IMG/VR virus record: IMGVR_UViG_2711768052_000009
DNA from: a virus
Lineage: Duplodnaviria; Heunggongvirae; Uroviricota; Caudoviricetes
DNA: 35,415 nucleotides
Reading direction: 5' to 3' (one strand)
How positions within the stretch are numbered: position 1 is the stretch's first letter; each line of letters starts with the position of its first letter. The notes below the pieces were generated by a model. That model saw only the letters and a list, made by a program, of their open reading frames with translations. It made no database searches and was not told the origin of the DNA. Below, in pieces: positions 14,163 to 22,892 of the stretch. The translations under genes and the position numbers were made by a program.

Positions 14163-14682
14163 TCAGCAACCCCGGTATCAGTTCATCCAGCGCGGCTGCT
14201 TTGTTCATGGCTTTGATGATATCCCGTTTCAGGAAATCAACATGTCGGTTTTCCAGTTCCGGAAAACGCCGCTGCACCGACAGGGGGATCCCGTCGAGAA
14301 TACTGGCAATTTCACCTGCGATCCGCGACAGCACGAAAGTACAGAATGCGGTTTCCACCACTTCAGCGGAGTCTCTGGCATTCTTCAGTTCCTGTGCGTC
14401 GGCCTGCGCACGCGTAAGTCGATGGCGTTCGTACTCAATAGTCCCTGGCTGGAGATCTGTCTCGCTGGCCTGCCGCAGTTCTTCAACTTCCCGGCGCAGC
14501 TTTTCGTTCTCAATTTCAGCATCCCTTTCGGCATACCATTTTATAACGGCGGCAGAGTCATAAAGCACCTCATTACCCTTGCCACCGCCTCGCAGAACGG
14601 GCATTCCCTGTTCCTGCCAGTTCTGAATGGTACGGATACTCGCACCGAAAATGTCAGCCAGCTGCTTTTTGTTGACTTCCAT
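14137..14682 (-). CDS. Nu1: Terminase small subunit Nu1
   Basis: 181 aa, MEVNKKQLADIFGASIRTIQNWQEQGMPVLRGGGKGNEVLYD...; matches lambda gpNu1 (winged HTH N-terminus). Confidence 0.93.
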
Positions 14683-14859
14683 TGTTCATTCCACGGACAA
14701 AAACAGAGAAAGGAAACGACAAAGGCCAAAAAGCCCGTTTTCAGCACCTGTCGTTTCCTTTCTTTTCAGGGGGTATTTTAAATAAAAACATTAAGTTACG
14801 ACGAAGAAGAACGGAAACACCTTAAACCGGAAAATTTTCATAAATAGCGAAAACCCGCG
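14683..14859 (-). promoter_or_regulatory. cosB (terminase small-subunit binding region with R-site repeats)
   Basis: Between cosN and the Nu1 start: inverted copies of TGTCGTTTCCT at 14711-14721 (as aggaaacgaca) and 14749-14759, and a GGTGTTTCCG-like element at 14812-14821, resembling lambda R3/R2/R1. Confidence 0.7.
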
Positions 14860-14871
14860 AGGTCGCCGCCC
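14860..14871. other. cosN, 12-nt cohesive end sequence (GGGCGGCGACCT on minus strand)
   Basis: Plus strand aggtcgccgccc at 14860-14871 is the reverse complement of the lambda cohesive end; the flanking cgtaacctgtcggatc matches the lambda right-end sequence as remembered. Confidence 0.85.
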
Positions 14872-15071
14872 CGTAACCTGTCGGATCGCCGGAAAGGACC
14901 CGCAAAAATGATAATAATTATCATCTACATGTCACAACGTGCATCTACGCCATCAAACCACGTCAAATAATCAATTATGACGCAGGTATCGTATTAATTG
15001 ATCTGCATCAACTTAACGTAAAAACAACTTCAGACAATACAAATCAGCGACACTGAATACGGGGCAACCTC

Positions 15072-15266
15072 ATGTCAACGAAGAACAGAACCCGCAGAAC
15101 AACAACCCGCAACATCCGCTTTCCTAACCAAATGATTGAACAAATTAACATCGCTCTTGAGCAAAAAGGGTCTGGGAATTTCTCAGCCTGGGTCATTGAA
15201 GCCTGCCGTCGGAGACTAACGTCAGAAAAGAGAGCATATACATCAATCCAAAGTGATGATGGATGA
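15072..15266 (+). CDS. Small ribbon-helix-helix-like protein (64 aa; possibly DLP12 ylcI-like DUF3950 protein)
   Basis: ATG at 15072; N-terminal basic stretch then IRFPNQMIEQINIALEQKGSGNFSAWVIEACRRRL, compatible with an RHH fold; family assignment is from memory only. Confidence 0.55.
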   Translation: MSTKNRTRRTTTRNIRFPNQMIEQINIALEQKGSGNFSAWVIEACRRRLTSEKRAYTSIQSDDG

Positions 15267-15626
15267 ACATCCCGGTTTCTTCCACCATCGCACCGGAAAA
15301 GCGACTATGAGGGTAACCCTGCGTCTGTCAGCACAGTAAAACCCGGTGTGCATCGTTTTTGATTATTCCCGCACACTCACGCAGAAGGAATTCCCCGTCG
15401 GGCTACGGTCATGGTTAATGCGGGAATACGGCGACGATACAGCGCAGCTAAAAGGGTAATGGACAGATAGAGCGGTTTATTTCATTCCACAGGATTCTGA
15501 GTGCCCCCCCTCCTCCAATAGGCTGAGCATCCACCTATATAGTTTTAATTTTCATCAATCCATTTAACTATCGTTTAATTGTTGTCACATAGGATTCTGC
15601 CGTTTTTAACAATGCAGGATAATAAG

Positions 15627-15920
15627 ATGAAAAAAATGTTGTTTTCTGCCGCTCTGGCAATGCTTATTACAGGATGTGCTCAACAGACGTTTACTGTTGG
15701 AAACAAACCGACAGCAGTAACACCAAAGGAAACCATCACCCATCATTTCTTCGTTTCGGGAATTGGACAGGAGAAAACTGTTGATGCAGCCAAAATTTGT
15801 GGCGGCGCAGAAAATGTTGTTAAAACAGAAACCCAGCAAACATTCGTAAATGGATTTCTCGGTTTTATTACTTTAGGCATTTATACTCCGCTGGAAGCGC
15901 GTGTGTATTGCTCACAATAA
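15627..15920 (+). CDS. bor: Bor lipoprotein (serum-resistance, lysogenic conversion)
   Basis: 97 aa from ATG 15627 (MKKMLFSAALAMLITGC AQQTFTV...); lipobox LITGC; matches lambda Bor; opposite strand to the late genes as in lambda. Confidence 0.9.
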   Translation: MKKMLFSAALAMLITGCAQQTFTVGNKPTAVTPKETITHHFFVSGIGQEKTVDAAKICGGAENVVKTETQQTFVNGFLGFITLGIYTPLEARVYCSQ

Positions 15921-15951
15921 TTGCATGAGTTGCCCATCGATATGGGCAGCT

Positions 15952-16413
15952 CTATCTGCACTGCTCATTAATATACTTCTGGGTTCCTTCCAGTTGTTTT
16001 TGCATAGTGATCAGCCTCTCTCTGAGGGTGAAATAATCCCGTTCAGCGGTGTCTGCCAGTCGGGGGGAGGCTGCATTATCCACGCCGGAGGCGGTGGTGG
16101 CTTCACGCACTGACTGACAGACTGCTTTGATGTGCAACCGACGACGACCAGCGGCAACATCATCACGCAGAGCATCATTTTCAGCTTTCGCATCAGCTAA
16201 CTCCTTCGTGTATTTTGCATCGAGCGCAGCAACATCACGCTGACGCATCTGCATGTCAGTAATTGCCGCGTTCGCCAGCTTCAGTTCTCTGGCATTTTTG
16301 TCGCGCTGGGCTTTGTAGGTAATGGCGTTATCACGGTAATGATTAACAGCCCATGACAGGCAGACGATGATGCAGATAACCAGAGCGGAGATAATCGCGG
16401 TTACTCTGTTCAT
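15952..16413 (-). CDS. Rz: Spanin inner-membrane subunit Rz (i-spanin)
   Basis: 153 aa from ATG 16411-16413 ([40 protein letters not shown]...); matches lambda Rz. Confidence 0.9.
   Translation of the reverse strand: MNRVTAIISALVICIIVCLSWAVNHYRDNAITYKAQRDKNARELKLANAAITDMQMRQRDVAALDAKYTKELADAKAENDALRDDVAAGRRRLHIKAVCQSVREATTASGVDNAASPRLADTAERDYFTLRERLITMQKQLEGTQKYINEQCR
16011..16193 (-). CDS. Rz1: Spanin outer-membrane lipoprotein subunit Rz1 (o-spanin), embedded in Rz +1 frame
   Basis: 60 aa, [24 protein letters not shown]...[16 protein letters not shown]; lipobox VVGC and proline-rich region; lies entirely inside Rz in another frame, as in lambda. Confidence 0.88.
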   Translation of the reverse strand: MRKLKMMLCVMMLPLVVVGCTSKQSVSQCVKPPPPPAWIMQPPPDWQTPLNGIISPSERG

Positions 16414-16907
16414 TGCTGACCCCACAAACAGATTTCACGCTCAATCTCACGACGAGTCATGAGACCTTTCCATTGCTTACCGCCAGCATATGTCCAGCGA
16501 CGTAGCTGATCACATGCGCCTTTGATATCGCCCTGGTTTATTTTGCGAAGAAGCGTCGATGTTCTGAAATTGCCAGCACCCACGTTGTAAACGAATGAGT
16601 AAAGAGCGCCGCGCATTGTTTCCGGTATATCGACTTTGATGTACGGGTTAATTTGTCTGGCGACCGTGGCAAGGTCTTTATTCAGGAGGGCTTTGCATTC
16701 TGCTTTGGTATACGTTTTACCGAGCATGATGTCTTTTCCTGTATGCCCGTGACATACAGTCCATACACCAACAATATCTTTGTATGGTATGTAGCTGACA
16801 CCTTCCAGACCATCGTTACCACTTGGGCCAGTGATTAACACTGATGCTATAGCAATTGCTCCGCCACCAATAGCAGCAGCAACGGCTTTTCGTAATGATG
16901 GAGGCAT
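16410..16907 (-). CDS. R: SAR endolysin (phage 21 R-type lysozyme, T4-lysozyme-like fold)
   Basis: 165 aa, [39 protein letters not shown]...; Gly/Ala-rich weakly hydrophobic N-terminal SAR segment; recognised as P21 R21-like, not lambda R transglycosylase. Confidence 0.88.
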   Translation of the reverse strand: MPPSLRKAVAAAIGGGAIAIASVLITGPSGNDGLEGVSYIPYKDIVGVWTVCHGHTGKDIMLGKTYTKAECKALLNKDLATVARQINPYIKVDIPETMRGALYSFVYNVGAGNFRTSTLLRKINQGDIKGACDQLRRWTYAGGKQWKGLMTRREIEREICLWGQQ

Positions 16908-17122
16908 TATTCACCTCTCGCAGCCTTGCGCTTATCTTCTTTAATCTTGAAATAAAGGTTTGTCAGGTACGTCAGCAGGCCAAATACCAGGCTACCCAGC
17001 ACACCTATTGCTGCCCACTGTGAGGGCGTGACTTTATCGAGCAGCTGTAAAAACCAGTAACCGGCACTACCTGCTGAGGTGCCATAGGCGACACCCGTTG
17101 TTAACTTATCCATGGATTTCAT
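16907..17122 (-). CDS. S: Pinholin S (phage 21 S21 type, dual-start motif)
   Basis: 71 aa from ATG 17120-17122: [71 protein letters not shown]; second in-frame ATG at codon 4 (17111-17113) gives the 68-aa form. Confidence 0.88.
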
Positions 17123-17250
17123 AACCCCACCTCGCAGACAAAGCGGGTGTAAATTGAGGGAATACAACGTATCGCAAAAAAGCAGAAACGTAACAGACTC
17201 GGAGTCAGTGAATAACTCAGGTATTGGGTTATCAGCTAATATCGAGACTC

Positions 17251-17283
17251 AAAAAATGGAAAAACCCGCTCGACGGCGGGTTT
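17251..17283 (-). terminator. Rho-independent terminator-like hairpin upstream of S on the late strand (candidate tR')
   Basis: Minus strand reads AAACCCGCCGTCGAGCGGGTTTTTCCATTTTTTGAG: GC-rich stem followed by a T-run, about 130 nt upstream of the S start. Confidence 0.5.
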
Positions 17284-17710
17284 AAGCTGTGTGACGAAGT
17301 AACCACTCTTAACAGCATAACCAATTTTTTACGTACGTAAACCACAAAATGATATTTGCGAGAATGCTACCGAGTATTGAAAACACCACTACAAATACAT
17401 AAGCAAATCTCAACAAATAACCAACAAATAATTTCCAGTGTTATTTTTAGCCGATTTAAATTGAACCTTCAAATTACAGAGCACTTATAAATAACAGCCG
17501 TTAATATAAATTGGCTAATAGATTTATTTTTATTCAGCCAAGATCCATGAATAGGATTCGATAGAAAAAAGTTCAGATAAAAATAGAGATCTACTTCACA
17601 AATCAAACGAGAAACCAAAACTTACATCTTGAAATAATCACATTGATTAGATGAATATTTATCGCGCAGTGACATCATTTTTTAATAATAGTTCAAAAAA
17701 AGGGCTCACG

Positions 17711-18793
17711 ATGAAAAAATTAACAGTGGCAATTTCTGCTGTAGCTGCATCAGTACTGATGGCGATGTCTGCTCAGGCAGCTGAAATTTATAATAAAGAC
17801 AGTAACAAGCTGGATCTATATGGGAAAGTTAATGCCAAGCACTACTTCTCCTCTAATGATGCAGATGATGGTGATACTACTTATGCCCGTCTTGGCTTCA
17901 AAGGTGAAACCCAAATCAACGATCAACTGACTGGTTTCGGTCAGTGGGAATATGAATTCAAAGGCAACCGCGCTGAATCTCAAGGCTCCTCCAAAGACAA
18001 AACCCGTCTTGCATTTGCAGGCCTGAAATTCGGGGACTACGGCTCAATCGATTACGGCCGTAACTACGGTGTAGCATATGACATCGGTGCGTGGACTGAC
18101 GTTCTGCCAGAATTCGGTGGCGATACCTGGACCCAAACAGATGTGTTCATGACTGGTCGCACCACTGGTGTTGCAACTTATCGTAACAACGACTTCTTTG
18201 GTCTGGTTGATGGTCTGAACTTTGCTGCTCAGTATCAGGGTAAAAATGACCGCACTGACGTAACTGAAGCTAATGGTGATGGTTTCGGTTTCTCCACTAC
18301 TTATGAGTATGAAGGATTCGGTGTAGGTGCAACCTATGCTAAATCTGACCGCACTAATAATCAGGTTATCTACGGTAACAACAGCCTGAATGCATCTGGT
18401 CAAAATGCTGAAGTATGGGCAGCTGGTCTGAAATATGATGCGAACAACATCTATCTGGCTACCACCTATTCTGAAACCCAGAACATGACTGTTTTTGGTA
18501 ATAACCATATTGCCAACAAAGCACAAAACTTCGAAGTAGTTGCACAATATCAGTTCGACTTCGGTCTGCGTCCGTCCGTTGCTTACCTGCAATCTAAAGG
18601 AAAAGACTTGGGTGCGTGGGGTGATCAGGACCTGGTTGAATATATTGATGTAGGTGCAACCTATTACTTCAACAAAAATATGTCCACTTTTGTTGATTAC
18701 AAAATCAACCTGATTGATAAGAGCGATTTCACGAAAGCATCTGGCGTTGCTACCGATGATATCGTTGCTGTAGGTATGGTTTACCAGTTCTAA
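17711..18793 (+). CDS. nmpC: OmpC-family outer-membrane porin (NmpC/Lc-like), intact
   Basis: 360 aa from ATG 17711: [47 protein letters not shown]...VGMVYQF; signal peptide and C-terminal aromatic residue typical of general porins; position between Q and S on the opposite strand as in DLP12 / PA-2. Confidence 0.88.
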   Translation: MKKLTVAISAVAASVLMAMSAQAAEIYNKDSNKLDLYGKVNAKHYFSSNDADDGDTTYARLGFKGETQINDQLTGFGQWEYEFKGNRAESQGSSKDKTRLAFAGLKFGDYGSIDYGRNYGVAYDIGAWTDVLPEFGGDTWTQTDVFMTGRTTGVATYRNNDFFGLVDGLNFAAQYQGKNDRTDVTEANGDGFGFSTTYEYEGFGVGATYAKSDRTNNQVIYGNNSLNASGQNAEVWAAGLKYDANNIYLATTYSETQNMTVFGNNHIANKAQNFEVVAQYQFDFGLRPSVAYLQSKGKDLGAWGDQDLVEYIDVGATYYFNKNMSTFVDYKINLIDKSDFTKASGVATDDIVAVGMVYQF

Positions 18794-18929
18794 TTTGATT
18801 ACTAAAAGATATGTTGCGGGAGGCTTTGCCTCCCCAACATATAAGTGGCTCCCTCAAGCCACTTCCTTTAGGAGCACAACCTTGCTTCTAACTATATAAA
18901 CCTTCTGTTATATATTACCCTTTATTTTT

Positions 18930-18954
18930 GGGGGCGTTGCAACGCCCCATTTTT
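18930..18954 (+). terminator. Rho-independent terminator downstream of porin gene
   Basis: GGGGCGTTGCAACGCCCC perfect hairpin (18931-18948) followed by ATTTTTAATAATTTTT; two further hairpins at 18811-18840 and 18843-18864. Confidence 0.75.
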
Positions 18955-18981
18955 AATAATTTTTAGTAAACAATTGGCATA

Positions 18982-19365
18982 TTAATTAGAGTTATTAACA
19001 ACGATATCCATCTCTAACCGGATATCTAATGCCATTAACATCCCTTCAATTATGCCCTCAGCCTTCTGTAACCTTTTCCCGATATAACCATCAGAGCAGC
19101 AATGCTTACCTGCTAGTGACATGAATGTCATACCGACTACATAATAATCTACTAATAAATCGTGCAAATCGCTGTTGTTCTTTTTCAGACGGGCCATGCA
19201 CCCGCAAATAATCATCGCGTCATCGTCACAACATTGCGGGCGAGATTTTACTTTTGAAGTAATTAATCCCTTAAAACCGGCGGCAATGGACGACCAGGTC
19301 ACATCTTCATGATTATTAGCCGCCCACGCTCCCCAACGCTCAAGAACCATCTGAATATCACGCAT
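18982..19365 (-). CDS. Q: Late-gene antiterminator Q (DLP12 QuuD / phage 82-type family)
   Basis: 127 aa from ATG 19363-19365: [34 protein letters not shown]...[13 protein letters not shown]...; Cys-rich zinc-binding region; the track ORF starts 5 codons upstream at a TTG. Confidence 0.85.
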   Translation of the reverse strand: MRDIQMVLERWGAWAANNHEDVTWSSIAAGFKGLITSKVKSRPQCCDDDAMIICGCMARLKKNNSDLHDLLVDYYVVGMTFMSLAGKHCCSDGYIGKRLQKAEGIIEGMLMALDIRLEMDIVVNNSN

Positions 19366-19450
19366 CAACTTACTCCACAAAAATCAGACCAGAACGCCAA
19401 TTACAAGCAAAAATCAACAAAACAGTATTAGTTGATTGTTATCTCTGACT

Positions 19451-19591
19451 TCATACTCCTGCTCCTGTCAGGGTTTTGGCGTAATTCTTCAGTATTCGGT
19501 AATCGGTCAAAACAGAACCGGGGAAACGATATAAGCGCAGATGCCCCCAGCGGTGGCGAAGAAGTTCTGCCATATAAAACTCAAACATCAT
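19451..19591 (-). CDS. ylcG: Small nin-region protein YlcG-like (46 aa)
   Basis: Not in the ORF track (under 60 aa). ATG at 19589-19591 overlapping the rusA stop (ATGA); translation [46 protein letters not shown]. Confidence 0.65.
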   Translation of the reverse strand: MMFEFYMAELLRHRWGHLRLYRFPGSVLTDYRILKNYAKTLTGAGV

Positions 19592-19950
19592 TCATTCCCC
19601 ATTTCGGTGATGGTCAGTTCCAGCCTCCCACCTTTGGTAACAGGCATCTTCACAACGCGGTAATCAACGACCTGAGCATCATCCAGCCAGAAACCTGCTT
19701 TGGTGAGTGCGTCAAAAGCGGCTTTTTGCAGATTATCCAGGTCACGGCGACGGCGATCCGGCATGTGGCACTCAATGCGGATTTTCACAGGCATAGCCAG
19801 GCCGATATCCAGCATTGCGTTTTTAATGATTCGGGCGACGTTATCGCGGTATGCCTGCCCCTCTGCACTGACGTGCGTGCGCCCGCGATTATGGCGGTAA
19901 TAGCGATTATTGCTCGGAGGCCAGGGTAATGTGATACTGTAGGTATTCAC
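19588..19950 (-). CDS. rusA: Holliday junction resolvase RusA
   Basis: 120 aa, (M)[36 protein letters not shown]...; matches DLP12 RusA; GTG start at 19948-19950 overlapping the ybcO stop. Confidence 0.9.
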   Translation of the reverse strand: MNTYSITLPWPPSNNRYYRHNRGRTHVSAEGQAYRDNVARIIKNAMLDIGLAMPVKIRIECHMPDRRRRDLDNLQKAAFDALTKAGFWLDDAQVVDYRVVKMPVTKGGRLELTITEMGNE

Positions 19951-20237
19951 GCCTTAATAACCCCCTCTTTCAGCCAGATAACCTGTGTTCTCGCCATACC
20001 TTCCAGCGCGCATTCTTTTGCATATGCAGCATCGACAAAATGTGTGCGGCGGTCGATTTCGTCGTGGCAGGCAGAACATGCAATGGTGGCAATCAGGTCT
20101 GGCGGTTTGATACCGGTACCGCACAATCCAGCCAGCCGGATATGTGCCAGTACAGACGTTTCAGAATTGCCATTACATACGCCAGGGATTCTTACCTGGC
20201 ATTCCCGACCACGCGCTGCTTTTCTCAAATCAGCCAT
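19947..20237 (-). CDS. ybcO: YbcO-like nin-region protein (DUF1364, putative nuclease)
   Basis: 96 aa from ATG 20235-20237 with GGAGGAAT RBS: [42 protein letters not shown]...[13 protein letters not shown]; Cys/His-rich. Confidence 0.85.
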   Translation of the reverse strand: MADLRKAARGRECQVRIPGVCNGNSETSVLAHIRLAGLCGTGIKPPDLIATIACSACHDEIDRRTHFVDAAYAKECALEGMARTQVIWLKEGVIKA

Positions 20238-20400
20238 GATTCCTCCTTGCTGCCAGTCGCAACCATTTTTTATCAACCAGGCTAGCGGTATATCCGAGCA
20301 GTGTTGGTATTTCGGATGGCTTCAGCTCAGGCTTACGCTTACGACGATTTGATACTCTGTAGATGTGTCCGTTCATGACACGAATAAGCGGTGTAGCCAT
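20230..20400 (-). CDS. ninE: NinE-like small protein (56 aa)
   Basis: Not in the ORF track. ATG at 20398-20400 preceded by GCAGGAGG, overlapping the ybcN stop; translation [56 protein letters not shown]; its stop overlaps the ybcO start. Confidence 0.7.
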   Translation of the reverse strand: MATPLIRVMNGHIYRVSNRRKRKPELKPSEIPTLLGYTASLVDKKWLRLAARRNHG

Positions 20401-20855
20401 TACGCCTCCTGCTTGTCGCGGAGCAGCTGGAACTCGCAGCTCTGCGGAATAGTCAGGTGGCAGCCAATATTCACCGCCCAGGCTTCAACCTTACACAGGA
20501 AGACATACATCTCTCCGGTATCAAGATCGGAGGTATGGCGTAACGACTGGATAGTGGTGATATCACCGGTTACGACATCAACCAGGTCTTTGGTTTCATA
20601 ACCGAGATATGTGTGTTTGAGAGCATCTTTTACCCAAGCTGGAGTGGCGAACGTTTTACCCCTGCTGATGAGGTATTCACTGATTTCGCTGTACCACATG
20701 TGGCTGAGTGCATTCTGGGAAAGACTGCGTTTCTCACGCCACGGTTTAAGCACCATGCGAAAGCATTTGCCCTCCTCCAGATAAGGCTGGATCTGCCGAC
20801 CGATAGCGGTGAAGTTGCCGCGATGTAATTTGATGCCGTCTTGTGAGAGGTTCAC
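20400..20855 (-). CDS. ybcN: YbcN-like (NinB/Orf-family recombination mediator, DNA base-flipping protein)
   Basis: 151 aa, (M)[47 protein letters not shown]...; GTG start at 20853-20855 with GGAGGTGA RBS. Confidence 0.85.
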
Positions 20856-20953
20856 GCTTCACCTCCGCAGAGGTCAAACGCTAGATGCAAAGAATTGCAG
20901 GTGCATTTCTGCATCTGTGAAGGGAGAAGAGAGTTTGGATTGTATGTGCGCAT
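20852..20953 (-). CDS. ylcH: YlcH-like small protein (33 aa)
   Basis: Not in the ORF track. ATG at 20951-20953; translation [33 protein letters not shown]; stop overlaps the ybcN GTG start. Confidence 0.55.
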
Positions 20954-21069
20954 AAACGTCCCCGTTTAGCGCAGAAGTCACCGGAGTTGTTCAGGCTCCG
21001 GTGACATAATTATGCCGTGTTGATTTCCCAAAATCAAAATCGATAGAATTGCTCCTTCTTAAAACACTT

Positions 21070-21867
21070 TTACTCTCTGGAAGCTTTTCTTATCTCTCTT
21101 GGTGTTATATTAAAACGATTATGAAATCTTTCAGTAAAACGAGAAGGACACTTATAACCATTTTCTCTGGCAATCTCGCTTATAGGTTTTACCGTCGTTT
21201 GTATAGCAGACAACGCATTATTTAACCTCACATCGTCCAGTATACTTTGGAAACTTACCCCCTCGCTTGCTAGACGGCGATGTAATGTAGAAACAGAAAT
21301 GTAGAGATATCGAGCAACCTTGTTTGCTGTCCATTTTGTGCCGGGTTCGGATAGCAGCAGGTTATAACAACGACTTATCAATGATTGTTTACTATATGAT
21401 AAAAGTAAATGATTAACATGATTCACTCCTAACGAAAGTAGAACGCCCATTGCTAAGTGCTCCTGAATTTTAGTTGAGAAGCCTCGGGAAACAGATGTTT
21501 TTAGTTGCTCCCAACAATATATTAACTCAGGATTCTGAGGTAAAAATAAACTTGTTTTGTTACGTATTTGATCAGTTACCGTATAAAGTTTTTGGAAACT
21601 CTCAATTAAATCAATGGGTAAGTAAAGCATTTCTGCAAGATAAAGCCCTGCTTCAGGATAATTCTCAATATAAAATTCATAACCACAAGGAAATAATATT
21701 ATTTGATTATTATCAACAGTTAAAGTATGCGTCTCCCAATTGATAACTTTCTTTCCCTGACGGATACGACACAAAGCTGGCATAAGAGGCTTAACCCTAT
21801 GAATCTCATGATGTTTATGCATCCGTATTTCTTCGATCTTTAAGTTAGTCTTACCTCTTGCCAGCAT
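21070..21867 (-). CDS. ybcM: AraC/XylS-family transcriptional regulator (YbcM-like)
   Basis: 265 aa; C-terminal AraC-type HTH ([45 protein letters not shown]...); AT-rich coding sequence. Confidence 0.88.
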   Translation of the reverse strand: MLARGKTNLKIEEIRMHKHHEIHRVKPLMPALCRIRQGKKVINWETHTLTVDNNQIILFPCGYEFYIENYPEAGLYLAEMLYLPIDLIESFQKLYTVTDQIRNKTSLFLPQNPELIYCWEQLKTSVSRGFSTKIQEHLAMGVLLSLGVNHVNHLLLSYSKQSLISRCYNLLLSEPGTKWTANKVARYLYISVSTLHRRLASEGVSFQSILDDVRLNNALSAIQTTVKPISEIARENGYKCPSRFTERFHNRFNITPREIRKASRE

Positions 21868-21876
21868 ACTCTCACC

Positions 21877-22428
21877 CTACTTTATCTCATAAACTGGTGT
21901 TATCTCAGCGGTTGCGATTTTATTAGCATTAAGCATATAACCAACTAACGCTCCGCTGGAGTTAGAATCTACAGGAATCTTTTCAGTTTTTAGAGCCCAT
22001 ACTTTAAACTGGTAATGATGTGGTTTATCTCCTTTAGGAGGACATGCGCCACCAAACCCAGCATAGCCAAAATCATTTCGGCCTTGAACAGCACCAGTCG
22101 GCAGTTTTGTTCCATCACGTCTCCCTGCATCAACGGGCAAATATGTTACTGTTGCTGGAATATTAACAACAGTCCAATGCCACCAACCACTGCCTGTAGG
22201 TGCATCTGGATCATATACAGTTACGGCAAAGCTTTTGGTACCTTCAGGAACACCAGACCAGGTTAATGAGGGCGATGTATTACCACCTTCACACCCAAAT
22301 CCAGAAAAGACATGAGACGTTGTAAGTTGCTCTCCTGTTTTTATTTCATTACTAGTGACCTGAAATGCTGCAGCCTGCGCAGAAAATGTTATGAATGCCA
22401 ATACAGTTGAAACGATAAGTGTTTTCAT
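21877..22428 (-). CDS. ybcL: Periplasmic PEBP/RKIP-family protein (YbcL-like)
   Basis: 183 aa with signal peptide MKTLIVSTVLAFITFSAQAAA; PEBP-like motifs (YDPDAP...GWWHW...PPKGDKPHHYQFKVWAL). Confidence 0.88.
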   Translation of the reverse strand: MKTLIVSTVLAFITFSAQAAAFQVTSNEIKTGEQLTTSHVFSGFGCEGGNTSPSLTWSGVPEGTKSFAVTVYDPDAPTGSGWWHWTVVNIPATVTYLPVDAGRRDGTKLPTGAVQGRNDFGYAGFGGACPPKGDKPHHYQFKVWALKTEKIPVDSNSSGALVGYMLNANKIATAEITPVYEIK

Positions 22429-22892
22429 AAAAACCTCTTTGTTATGACCTATCGTTATTTTATTTGATATTCCTTTATCTCATTATGCATAAAGGCGCAA
22501 TGTTCATGCAAAAGCAATCACAATTGTACCCCCAACCCAATTATTTGCCACAATATACACAAAGCACATTGATACTATCTAAAAACTCTGCTTTATTATT
22601 AGTAATACCTACGAAAGTCGGTGTTATTTTTTAACCTACCATTCAAAATACGTGACATACACCATTTTGCTCATAATAATTTGTCACGTATTTTCAGTAT
22701 TTGAATCTGCGACCAAGAGTTCTCACCTAACAAATGATTAAGATTGTATAGCTCATTTACTACCCCAATACAGCCGTACAAAACTCGCTTGTGGGAGCAA
22801 ACAAAGTAATTACCCATTAAGTTTCGTCAAAGATAATTAATTCTGTCTTGCACTTTATCACCATAGCATAACTTAAAATCCGAGATCATTAT

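Noticed and set aside
18044-18592. Minus-strand 182-aa ORF inside the porin gene
   Set aside because: Antisense to an intact, well-supported porin CDS; no RBS.
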